Shown here: positions 36,784 through 53,413 of the stretch, piece after piece
How the letters are laid out: each line of letters opens with the position of its first letter
Position numbering within the stretch: position 1 is the first letter of the stretch
Source: the human T2T-CHM13v2.0 reference genome, Homo sapiens
Strand: one strand, 5' to 3'
NCBI RefSeq assembly: GCF_009914755.1
Contig: NC_060927.1
Length of the DNA: 64,000 nucleotides
Made by a program: the position numbers and the translations under genes
The notes under the pieces: model-generated
What the model saw: the letters and a program-made list of their open reading frames with translations, nothing else
What the model was told of the DNA's origin: nothing
Databases searched by the model: none

Positions 36784-36843
36784 AGGAAGGAAGGAAGGAA
36801 GGAAGGAAGGAAGGAAGGAAGGAAGGAAGGAAGGAAGGAAGGA

Positions 36844-36891
<48 letters not shown>

Positions 36892-36943
36892 AAATAAATT
36901 ACCCAGTCTCAGGAATTTCTTTACAGAAGTGCGAGAATGGACT
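35876..36943 (+). repeat. Four-copy composite tandem repeat: Alu right-arm 3' part + (GAAA/GGAA)n + MST LTR 3' end
   Basis: Units start at 35876, 36128, 36356 and 36632; non-microsatellite parts are nearly identical. Confidence 0.95.
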
Positions 36944-37239
36944 AATACACCAGCCCACTCTGTCTCCACAGACTCTTCATAAAACAGTGCCCAATTCTGT
37001 AGGTTTTTACTGTGCTTCACAATTTGAAACTCCTCCCCCAGAGCTGATAGAGAATAACTCTTCATCACTCTGACATTCAGAGTCTATCCCAAAACTCCAG
37101 AGCAGGGCTTCCCTAAGAAACTCCCTCTTTAACATTCTCCATAACAGATGAGTATACATTCTTCAAAAATACCCAACTGGTTTGGTCCTGTATTTCTCAA
37201 ACAGTTCTTTTATTTATTCATTAAAGCTTAATTGATAGA

Positions 37240-37620
37240 TTCCAGTTCTGGCCAAGATCAGGTAGCCCCATTTCTTACTAGTTCTGCCTCTTACAAAAAA
37301 AAAATTTCAGACATAACACAATAAATACAAGAAGACGGTCGGAGGCAGATGGAAAAAAGTGAGCTGCCCTAGAACCTCAGGGCTTGAGGAACAACACAGT
37401 GGAGAGCTCCCTAGGTTTTCTTTTTGCCTCTAATTTTTCCTGAACTGCAGGGTGTTGGAGAAGACTGTAACCTGGAATCACCAATAGGCAGAGACAAAAG
37501 AAGCGCCAAGAAAATTATATCTTTCGCCAAGGACTGGGAAAACAGCAACTTAATAGAACAGAAAACTTTTTGATAACATCTGACTTGCTTCAACCAAATA
37601 TCAAAAGAAAAAAAATGACC
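37240..37620 (+). mobile_element. Old L1M 5' end fragment
   Basis: TTCCAGTTCTGGCCAAGAT start and L1MC-like 5' motifs. Confidence 0.5.
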
Positions 37621-38279
37621 AATTTGTGGTGACAGATGTATAAAGTGCAAGAGTGATTGAAAAGAGATGAGACTGAAGACATGGGTAAAGTCTATGTGTT
37701 TGCAGGGCCTTGAGTACTAGATAGGGCACCAAGACTATTTGGACTCCACGTTTTGGATTTAGGGAAACTACAGACGTGGCTTAAGTGACTAACAACAGGT
37801 TCAGATTTGATTTTTAGGTGGATCACCCCAAGTGTTATAGGGAGGCAATTGCAGTTCCGAGAGATCGTGAAATCTTCCATTTGGCCTAGAACATTGGACT
37901 TGTGGGAGAAAGGAAAGATTCCAGAAATTTAAGGGCTTGGTAATTGGATGTTGGGGATAGTGGTGGAGATAAAACAAAGTGTTCAGAATGACTTGTAGCA
38001 GCGAAGTTAGTGAGGAAGAATCCACAATGACAAAGTAGGAGTGTCTGGACCACTAGGAAAGAATCTGAAGGATTTATGAGGTCAGACTGCAGTTGAGGCC
38101 TGAAAAGGACCATTTGATTCTTATAAACGTGAGCCACTTCCACGAGCCCTCAAGAAGCAGAGAGGAACCCAGAGGGTTGAGAATAAGCATAGTGTTCATT
38201 GAGCTCCTTTCATCTGGGTTGAGTTGACTGAGTGGCAGGAAATTCATGGATGATATGGCTAAACTGTAAACAGCTGTGT

Positions 38280-39190
38280 CAATCTAAAATACGATTGAAA
38301 ATTTTTTGAGACTCCTTCCATTGAGAGGTGTGGTCCATGTTTCCTCACCTCGAATCTGAGAAGATCCATGACTACCTAGAACAATCAAGCATGGTGCTAT
38401 GTGAAGTGGTGCTATGTGATTTCTGAGGCTAGGTCATAAAAGGTCATGCCCAGTTTTCTTGGGACATGAACTGCTATGTAAACTATCTGACTACTTTGAG
38501 ATACCCAGGATGGAGAGGCCATGTGAAGACTCTCTAGTCAACAGCTGTAGCTGAGTTCAGCCTTCCAGCCATCCCCACCAAGGTACAGATGTGACTGAAG
38601 CCATTTTGGACCCTCCAGACTAGCCCATGTGCCAACTGAGTCCCACTGAATGGCATCAGTGGATGCCACAAGGAGCAAAAAACTCACTATTATGAGCCAA
38701 ATTATATCCTCCTCAAAATTCATATGTTGAAATCCTAGCCCCTAGCACTTCAGAATGTGACTATTTGGAGACAGAGCTTTAAAGAGGTCATTAAGGTAAA
38801 ATTAGGTCATATGGGTGGGCCCAAATCCAATATGATTGGTGTCCTTGTAAGAAGAGGAGGTTAGGACACAGACACACACAGAGGGCATGTGGAGACACAT
38901 GGAAAAGTGGCACCTACAAGTCAAGGAGAGAGGCCTCAGAAGACATCAACCCTGCTGCTAACTTGGTCTTGGACTTCTGGCCTCCAGAACTATAAGAAAA
39001 AATATTTCTGTTGTTTATGTTACTTTACTTTGTAACCTGTAGTACTTTGTTATGTAGCCCTAGCAAACTAACACACTCACCCAGCTGAGAACTTGTCACT
39101 CACAGGAATTCTGAAAGATAATAAAAAATAAAATGTTTACTGTTTTAAGTCACTACATTTTTGGGTAGTTTGTTCCACAGAGATAGGAGT
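38280..39190 (+). mobile_element. Nested MLT1 LTRs (younger MLT1A/B-like at about 38690-39075 inside an older MLT1)
   Basis: MLT1 motifs ATTCATATGTTGAAATCCTA, GGAGAGAGGCCTCAGAAG, CCTCCAGAACTATAAGAAAAAATATTTCTGTTG. Confidence 0.7.
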
Positions 39191-40596
39191 GGGAACAAGT
39201 TTGGAACTCTGAAGTTTCTCTTGCTCTATGGATCTAGTTTTCCATCACCTTGTTGGTTTAGAATGGACTGCAGTGGGCAAACTCGAATAATTGATACCAC
39301 TCAACAGAGAAGGTGGGGTGAAAGACCCGAGCCCACACTTAGGGTTTCTGTGGTACTTGAGAACCAGAATTTTTTCAACAGGTTTTAAAATATTTTCTCA
39401 TTAGTTTGAAAAAAACACTGGAAAAAAACTGTGCATATGATGCATTTTATATAGCTATTTTGTGGATATGCTATTTGGTCAGAGGGGATTCCTTGGGAGA
39501 GAGAATTGCAGTACCAGATTGCAGGCCGAGGGCCCTGTCTGACCTAGATTCTGATTTTCTAGAAGAGTGATTATAGCTCTGGAGGCAGGGGTTAGGTCTC
39601 ATGGCCTTCACTAGGAAGCACTTTTCTTAGCCTTGGGGGATATTACATTACAGCTAATTACAGGCTGTCTGCTAAGATTTTCTAATTACTTCATTTGCAT
39701 TAGTCTTATTTTCCTAAGGAGCCTATAAGCTTTCTGAAAGCATCTTGAGGACAGGGACACACTTCTCTGGGGTTTTCTACTCCAGACAGAGCCCACCTCA
39801 GTGTCTGGACACCCTGAAGACATCAGATAGTAGAGACAGGCAGTAGAACATGAGACATGAGGAAAATGGGTTCTAGAGTCAGCCTAAGTGGGTTCAAATC
39901 CAAATTTTGCCTCTCACTAGCTCTGTCACCTAGAGCAAGTTGTCTAACCTTTCCAAACCCATTTCCTCATCTGCAAAATGGGAATATTCATAGTATGTAC
40001 TTTACAAAGCACTTGGAACTGTGCCTGTTACCTGGCAATTGCTCAATTCACATTAGTAACCAGTCATGTTAACTAATATTTTTTTAGGTTGACTTAGCTC
40101 TAAAAGTTAAAGGGCTCCTACATACTCACTACTGTCAGGTTTGGGATTTGCATGTGGGGAGGGGGACAGGGAGGTGGGTAGGCAGATGCTGCTGGAGTTA
40201 AAGAACCTGGGCTTTGGAGGGACCTAAATCCCAGCTCCACTTTGTATAGGTTGGGTGCGTTTGCATTAGCCCCTGACGTTGACACAGGGCCAGGTGATGA
40301 GGATTTTCAAGGCATTGCTGTCACTGCTTCTCTCTCCATCTCTCTCCTCTCCCCTGACAGGTGGACAAATCCCAGGGGAACATCTGGCTGCCAGACCCGG
40401 CCAGCTGTTCTGTCAGACCTGGAGACCCCTGCTGAAGCTGGAGAGACTAAGGATCCACCCCACCACAGCAGGGACTTTGAGAAATTAAAAAAGGGCAAGT
40501 TAATTAGAAAATGCTTAATTAGAAAACCAGTTCCCTAGAAAAAAGGGAATTAACTGAAAAATAGGCCTTAATCAGGAAAGCGTGGGCACAAGAATC

Positions 40597-40785
40597 CAGT
40601 GCTGGAACTGGCTTGCGCTGGCATGTGAGAGACAGTCGTGCACATCTCTTCCCAAGTTCAGCAGCATCAGGTTGGCAGCTTGAAAGCAGCCACAGTGGGA
40701 GTGTTTACACCACTAACATTCACTAATGTTTCAAGCCAGGAATTTTTCTCAGTGATTTGGTCGTTAAATATTTACTTAGACACCT
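40597..40785. mobile_element. MER63-like DNA transposon
   Basis: GCAGCTTGAAAGCAGCCACAGTGGGAGTGTTTACACCAC and GTTAAATATTTAC motifs. Confidence 0.65.
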
Positions 40786-40787
40786 AG

Positions 40788-41164
<377 letters not shown>

Positions 41165-41505
41165 TGACCTTGCAATTTCTTGATTCCTTCAAAGCTAATG
41201 TCCCCAAAGTAATTTGCACGATATGAATCATTGGGATGCATAAAGATGATTCCTCATTTTTTATTTAACAACTTTTTTACCAAATATTTTATTTTTTCTA
41301 GTCTTAGTTTTTGTTTTATAATATATAGAGTATATTATTACAGCCATATATGTACATATTTCATATAAATATACATATTTGACAAGTCTCTGTTTAATTT
41401 TTTTAACTTACGAAATGTGAACTAAAAAAGATATGGAGATCATTGTTTTAGGGTAAAAGAAAAGAGAATTAGTTCTAAGAAATTCAGACTGGATAATTCA
41501 GGGGT

Positions 41506-41538
<33 letters not shown>

Positions 41539-41540
41539 AG
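41506..41540. repeat. (GT)n(GA)n compound microsatellite
   Basis: Direct reading. Confidence 0.9.
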
Positions 41541-43939
41541 GGGGTGGGTATTAGAAGTGAGAGGTGAAGACAAAAGGTAGAAAAGAGTTGTTTTGCTATT
41601 TTAGGCTGGGATATTTTATTTTATTATTTTTTATGGGGGTGGGTATTTTACTTGCTATGCAAGAATGGAGGTGGTCACTGTAGTGATCAAGGCAGGAGCA
41701 TAGGCTGCTGCTTGAAGATCTTGGAAGGAGAATCCTTGCAGATGCTGGTCAGCAACTAATGAATCTCCTGGAGGGCTTGTTACAATGTTGATCACTGGGC
41801 CCCTCTTCACAGAGATTCACATTCAGTAGGTCCGAGATGGGGCCTGAGAATTTGCCCCCCATTTTTTTCAGGCTCCATTAAAAATTATTATTGTATTAAT
41901 AAGACTTAAAATCACAGTCAATTTGCTGTATGTTGCTAAACTTTTATTTTCAATTTCTGTACTTGTCTTCCTGTAGACTAGTAACAGACAGCTTGGGTAC
42001 TGGCACTGGTTCATGACTCCACTTGGAGTAGAAATGGTGTAAAGTTCACAGATGACAGTGATGTGGTTTTCCTTAGATAAGTAATCACTCACTTCTCTGG
42101 ATGTCTCTATGATTTTTTTCTATATTGTTTTTTATTTCTAAACAAATTGACATAAAATAACTCCAGATGGTAGTGAAGGGAGAACTAACAAATTCTCAAG
42201 TGATGTGATGCTGCTGATTCTGGCCCAAACTTTGAAAACTAGTGATTCAAAGAAAAGTTTAAAGATAAAAGAGACTTTGCTGATGGCAAGCCTTGAGACT
42301 CAGAGGGCGGAACAGAGAGAATTTGGAGTAGTAGAGAGCTGGGAGGGTGGGAAATTGGGTCAGATTAGAGCCATAAAGGAAGAGGGGTCTAGGTGTTGAG
42401 CATTGACCGAAGGGGCTTGTACTTTTGGTGCTGGTTCACATAAACACAAAGAAATAGAGGCTATGCTGGGCTTAGCCCTGCAGATTGTAGTGGTGAGGCA
42501 GGAGGTGGTTTGGGTTAGTAGAAGGGAGCAGGTAATGTCTTATTAAGAGCCAAACAGAGCCCTGGAGGTCACATCTGTATTTTGACTCCTCTTTCCCCCT
42601 TGTAGAATTCTACATGCTCTTAGTTACTCATACCTCACATCATGCCTCACTTTCCTTTCTGAAGACTTTTCTGAGATTCTCTGAAAGGGTAACTTCAATT
42701 CTGTAAGGCAAAGATTCTGTTTTCAGACAGGGTAATTGTGGAACCAGAGCCTGACACTTCCCCTTGCCCTCTAGCCGCCCCATGAGAGTCATGGTCTCCT
42801 TGACCACTTTGATAGGAGGATCAAATATCTGTGCTTACCACTTGTCTCTGCCTGACCAAGAGTGCAAGCTATGGACATGATCTCCTTCTGGACTAGGGAG
42901 AAAGTTACAAGTCTTTTACTGAAATTTTATCATGGCTTCCCTTAAGCCACAACACCATTTACATCCATTTTTTTTTGTAATATGTTTTCAAACATTCAGT
43001 CTAGGCATGACTGAATGTCCCATCACGTTTCTGAGGTGTTGTCTAGGAGCACGCGAGTCTGAATATGTGTATTAACACTGCCATCATGACTCTACACAGG
43101 GATTGGCTGCATGCCAATGGTTGTTACTACCTCGACATTTACTTTTATATTATTTAGATATATCTGCTTGCTTTGAGATTAGACATCCTTGCTTCATCCA
43201 CAAAACTACCTCTTTCTCTGTTTACCTGATACAAATGACTATCCTATAAATATGCCTTTGCTTTACTGTACCTGTCATTCACTCTTACAGCTTTCTTTCT
43301 ATTTTATATTATTTTTGAGTATATAACAGCTAGCTAGATCATAAACTCCATAAGTAAACTTTCTTCTTTATATCAACCATAATGCCTAGCATAGCAGTTT
43401 TGCAAAGGAAGTTCTCAGTGTTTGTTGATTGATTGACATGAAGAAATGTGTTAGGGCTGTTAAATTTGTTATGACAGAGAATAAAGCAGACTTAGCTCAG
43501 ACTAGTAACTGTCTATCCAGTATAAGGAATTTGGCTAAATACTGAAAAGCTCCTTTAATTATTATGACATTTTAAATTAATTGTATATTTCCAACTGTAT
43601 TTTCCAGTTGTGCATATAATTATTGTTATGTTAAACAGTATTTATACTTAAATGTTTAATAGTTTATGTAAGTGACTGAAATTAGTAGTGTTTTACAGCC
43701 AAACCAAATTCATCTTTAATTGTTGTCTTCTCACAACCTCACCATTGGCAATTCCTTTGATGCAATGTGCAGTTTAATTACAATCACCCTATATCATGTG
43801 AGATGCATTAAATGGCAGAGGCCTTGAATTTAACCCTGAAACGGGCAGGAATTTCCTTTTCAGGGGCTCTTCCTTCTGAGCCCTGAGTCCCTGTGCTCTA
43901 TCACCATAGCTGTGCATCCCACCTGGTGTTCTCTCTCCC

Positions 43940-44980
43940 TCTTTTTAATTTTTAATTTTTATGGGTACATAGTGGGTGTATATATTTACAGGGTACATGA
44001 GATATTTTGATACAGGCATACAATGTATAATAATCACATCAGAGTAAATGAGGTGTGCATCACCTTGAGCATTTATCCTTTCTTTGTGTTACAAACAATT
44101 CAATTATACTCTTTGTTATTTTTAAATGTACAATAAATTGTTGACTGTAGTCACTCTGTTGTGCTATCAAATATTAGTTCTTATTCATTCTATCTAATTA
44201 TATTTTTGTACCCATTAATCATACCCATTTCTTCCCCCGATCTGCAGCTACCCTTCCCAGCCTCTGGTAACCATCATTCTACTCTCTGTCTTCATAAATT
44301 CAATTGTTTTAATATTTAGCTCCCACAAATAAGTGAGAACATGCAAAGTTTGTCTTTCTGTGCCTGGCTTGTTTCATTTAACGTAATGACTTTCAGTTAC
44401 ATCCATGTTGTTGCAAATGACAGAATCTCATTATTATATTTTTTAGTGGCTGAATTGTACCCCATTATATATGTACCACATTTTCTTTCCTTTTTTTTTT
44501 TATTTTTTGACAGGGTCTTTCTCTCTCACCCAGGCTGGAGTGCAGTGGTGTGATAAAGGACTACTGCAGCCTTGACCTCCTGGGCTCAGGTGTTCCTCCC
44601 ACCTCAGCCTCTTGAGTAGATGGGACTAGAGGTGCATACTACTATGGCCAGCTAATTTTTTCAATTTTTTTGAAGAGACAGGGTCGTGCTATGTTGCCAG
44701 GGCTAGTCTTGAACTCCTGGGCTCAAGTGATCCCCTAGCCTTAGCCCTACATTTGTTTTATCCATCTGTCTGTTGATAGACACTAAGGCTATTGGCTTAG
44801 TGCTGCAATAATGGCTATTGTGAATAGTGCTGCAATAAACATGGGAGTGCAAATATCTCTTTGGCATCCTGATCTCCTTTCTTTCGAGTATAACCTAGCA
44901 GTGGGATTGCTGGATCATATGAAAGTTCTATTTTCAGTTTTTAAAAATCTCCAAACCATTCTCCATAGTGGTTATACTAA
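43940..44980 (-). mobile_element. L1MA 3' end (first copy)
   Basis: T-rich tail then GGGTACATAG...GATACAGGCATACAATGTATAATAATCACATC, typical reverse L1MA 3' UTR. Confidence 0.85.
44483..44746 (-). mobile_element. 5'-truncated AluJ-like element inside L1MA
   Basis: Diverged reverse Alu with J-type features. Confidence 0.85.
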
Positions 44981-46281
44981 TTAAAAAATTTTTAAAAATA
45001 TTGTGGGTACATAGAGGGTGTATATATTTGTGGGTTATATAAGATATTTGATACAGGCATGCAATGCATGATAATCACATCAGGGTAAATGGGTATCCAT
45101 CACTTCAACAATTATTTTTTATATTACCAACAATCCAATTATATTCTTTTGGTTATTTTAAAATGTACAATTAAATTATTTTTGACTGCAGTTACCCTGA
45201 TGTGCTAGCAAATACTAGGTTTTATTCATTCTTTCTAACTATTTTCTTGGTACCCATTAACCATTCCCACTTCCCTCTCACCCCCTTACTACTCTTCCCA
45301 GCCTCTGGTAACCATCTTTGTACTATTTCCACGAGTTCAATTGTTTTAATTTTTAGCTCTCACAAATAAGTCAGAACATGCGATGTTTGTCTTTCTGTGC
45401 CTGGCTTATTTCACTTAACATAATGATCCATCCATGTTGTTCCATCCATGTTCTTGCAAATGACAAGATATCATTCTTTTTTGTGGCTGAATATTACTCC
45501 ATTGTGTATATGTACTATATTTTATTTATCCACTCATCTGTTGATGGATACTTAGGTTACTTCTAAATCTTGGCTATGATGAATAGTGCTGCACTAAACA
45601 TGGAAGTGCGGATATCTTTTTGATACGCTAATTTCCTTTTTTTGGGGTATATAACTAGCAGTGGATTGCTGTATTGTATGGTAGCTCTATTTTCAGTTTT
45701 TTGAGGAACCTCCAAACTGTTCTCCATAGTGGCTGTACTAATTTACATTCCTGCCAACAGTGTATGAGGGTTTCCTTTTCTCCACATCCTCCCTGGGATT
45801 TGTTATTGTCTAACTTTTGAATGAAAGCCATTTTAAATGGGGTGAGATGATATCTCATTGCAGTTTTGAATTGCATTTCTTTGATGCTCAGTGATGCTGA
45901 GCACCTTTTCATATACTTGTTTGCCATTTGTACGTCTTATTTTGAGAAATGTCTATTCAGAACTCTTGCCCTGAGATTATTAGATTTTTTATAAAATTGA
46001 ATTTTTAAATTAGATTATTAGATTTTTCCCCTATAGAGTTGTTTGAGCTTCTTATGAATTCTGGTTATTAATCCTTTGTCAGATGGATAGTTTGCAAATA
46101 CTTTCTCTCATTCTGTGGACCATCTCTTCACTTTGTTGATTGTTTCCTTTTCTGTGCAGCAGCTTTTTAACTTGATGTGATCCCATTTGTCCATTTTTGC
46201 TTGGGTTGCCTGTGCTTGTGGGTTATTACTCAAGAAATCTTTGCCCACACCAGTTTCCTGGAGAGTTTCTCCAATATCTTC

Positions 46282-46356
46282 TTCTCTCTCTTTCTCTCTT
46301 TTTTTTTGACCGGCTACTGCACAGACCACGCCAACCCTGACTCATGGCTGCCGGCC
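46282..46356 (-). mobile_element. Short non-L1 insertion with A-rich tail and probable TSD inside an L1
   Basis: 49-nt GC-rich body 46308-46356, purine tail 46282-46307 (minus), flanks TCTCCAATATCTTCTT / TCCCCAATGTTTTCTT (13/16 identical). Confidence 0.7.
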
Positions 46357-46565
46357 TCCCCAATGTTTTCTTTTAGTAGTTTCGTAGTTTTAGGTCTTAG
46401 GTTTAAGTCTTTCATCCATTTTGATTTTATTATTGTATATGGCAAGAGATAGGGGTCTAGATTCATTCTTTTGCATATGGACATCCAGTTTTCCCATCCC
46501 ATTTATTGAAGAGACTATTCTTTCCCCAATATATGTTCTTGGCACCTTTGTTGATAATGAATTCA

Positions 46566-47203
46566 TTTGCTTTTACACTGTTGGTGGGACTATAAACTAG
46601 TTCAACCATTGTGTAAGACAGTGTGGTGATTCCTCAAGGATGTAGAACTAGAAATACCATTTGACCCAGCCATCCCATTACTGGGCATATACCCAAAGGA
46701 TTATAAATCATGCTGCTATAAAGACACATGCACACATATGTTTATTGCAGCACTATTCACAATAGCAAAGACTTGGAACCAACCCAGATGTCCATCAATG
46801 ATAGATTGGATTAAGAAAATGTGGCGTATATACATCATGGAATACTATGCAGCCATAAAAGTGATGAGTTCATGTCCTTTGTAGGGACATGGATGAAGCT
46901 GGAAACCGTCATTCTGAGCAAAGTATTGCAAGGACAGAAAACCAAACACCACATGTTCTCACTCATAGATGGGAATTGAACAATGAGAACACTTGGACAC
47001 AGTGTGGGGAACATCACACACTGGGGTCTGTCGTGGGGTGGGGGGATGGGGGAGGGATAGCATTGGGAGATATACTTAATGTAAATGACAAGTTGACAGG
47101 TGCAGCACACCAGCATGGCACATGTATACATATGTAACAAACCTGCACATTGTGCACATGTACCCTAGAACTTAAAGTGTAATAATAATACTAAAAAAAA
47201 AAA
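46566..47203 (+). mobile_element. 5'-truncated L1PA inserted in opposite orientation
   Basis: L1PA 3' UTR with G-rich tract and TGTACCCTAGAACTTAAAG end, poly-A; TSD-like AATGA(A/G)TTCATT. Confidence 0.9.
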
Positions 47204-47725
47204 GAAAATGAGTTCATTGTAGGTGTATGGATTTGTTTCTGGGTTATCTTTTCTCTTCCATTGGTTTATGTGTCTGTTTTTATGCCATTGCCATGCTGTT
47301 TTGGTTACTATAGCTCTGTAGTATAATTTGATGTCAGGTAATGAGATTCCTCCAGTTTTGTTCCTTTTTCTCAGGATGGCTGTGGTTATTATGGGTCTTT
47401 TGTGGTTCCATATAAATTTTAGGATTTTTTTCTATTTCTGCAAAGAATGTCACTGGTATTTTGAATCTGTAGATTGCTTTGGATAGTATGAACATTTTAA
47501 CAATATTGATTCTTCCATTCCATGAACATAGAATATATTTCCTTTCTTTGTGTCCTCTTCAGTTTTTTTCATCAATGTTTTATAGCATTCATTGTACAGA
47601 TCTTTCACTTATTTGATAAAGTTAATTCCTGGGTATTTCATTTTATTTGTAGCTATTGTAAATGGGATTACTTTCTTGATTTCTTTTTCATATTGTTTGC
47701 AGTTGGGATATAGAAATACTACTGA

Positions 47726-47850
47726 TTTTTCTTTTCTTTTTTTTTTTTTTGAGACAGTCTTACTCTGTCACCCAGGCTGGAATGCAGTGGTGTGATCTTG
47801 GCTTGCTGCAACCTCCACATCCCAGGTTCAAGCAATTCTTCTGCCTCAGG
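47726..47850 (-). mobile_element. Alu right-arm fragment
   Basis: Poly-T plus reverse Alu ending abruptly at GCCTCAG. Confidence 0.85.
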
Positions 47851-51843
<3,993 letters not shown>

Positions 51844-52407
51844 TGATCTTTATTATTTCTTTTCTTCTACTAATTTTGGGTTTGGCTTACTTTGAAGCTT
51901 TTCTGCTTTTTCAATGTAGGCACTTATTGCTATAAACTTTGCTCTTAGTACTGCTTTCACTATGTCTAACAGGTTTTGGTGTGTTGTGTTTCCATTTTCA
52001 TTTGTTTCAATAAATTTTCCAATTTTCTTCTTAATTTCTTCATTGACCCACTGGTCATTCAAGAACATACTGTTAATTTCCATGTGTTTTTATAGTTTCC
52101 AAAATTTCTTTTGTTATTGATTTCTATTTTTATTACACTGTGGTCAGAGAAGGTGCTTGGTATTACTTAAATTGTTTTGAAATTTTTAAGACTTGTTTTG
52201 TGGTCTAATATGTGGTCTTTCCTTGAGAATGATCCATGTGCTGAGGAGAAGAATGTGTATTCTGCAGCCATTGGATGAAGTGTTCTGTGGATATTTATTA
52301 GGTCCATTTGGTCTGCACTTCAGATTAAATTATCTGTTTATTTGTTAATTTTCTGTCTGGATAATCTGTCCAGTTCTAAAATTGGAATGTTGAAATCTCC
52401 AGCCAGT

Positions 52408-52743
<336 letters not shown>

Positions 52744-53102
52744 GCTATTCTTTTTCTTTTTATTGGAGTTTATCTCTCTTTTTAGCTCTAATAATATTTG
52801 CTTTATATATCTGGGTGCTCCAGATGTTAGGTGCGTATATATTTACAATTGTTATCTTCTTGCTGAATTGACTCCTTTATTATTATTTAATGATTTTCTT
52901 TGTCCCCTTTCATAGTTTTTTGTCTTGAAATCTATTTTGTCTGATATAAGGACAGCTACTCCTGCTCTTTTTTTAGTTTCCATTAACATTGAATATCTTC
53001 CTATCCCTTTATTTTCAGTCTATGTGTATCTTTATAGGTGAAGTGCATTTCTTGTAGGCAACAGATTGTTGGGTCTTTTTTTATTTTTATTCTTTTTAAT
53101 TT

Positions 53103-53413
<311 letters not shown>

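Larger units (their letters stand above)
33283..36949 (+). mobile_element. Full-length MSTA/MSTB MaLR element (5' LTR 33283-33699, internal region to 35325, interrupted 3' LTR 35326-36949)
   Basis: Both LTRs start TGATATGGTTTGGATTTG and end ...GGACT(G/A)ATA(T/C)A; MaLR internal begins GAAAATTGGTA; 5-bp TSD CCAGC at 33278-33282 and 36950-36954. Confidence 0.9.
44985..47725 (-). mobile_element. L1MA 3' UTR and ORF2 C-terminal region (second copy, host of later insertions)
   Basis: Second L1MA 3' end; ORF fragments MRYHLTP...[13 protein letters not shown] and KMDKWDHIKLKS are L1 ORF2. Confidence 0.9.

Noticed and set aside
35892-37068. Lys/Glu/Arg-rich and Phe/Leu/Ser-rich ORFs
   Set aside because: Translations of GAAA/GGAA microsatellites.
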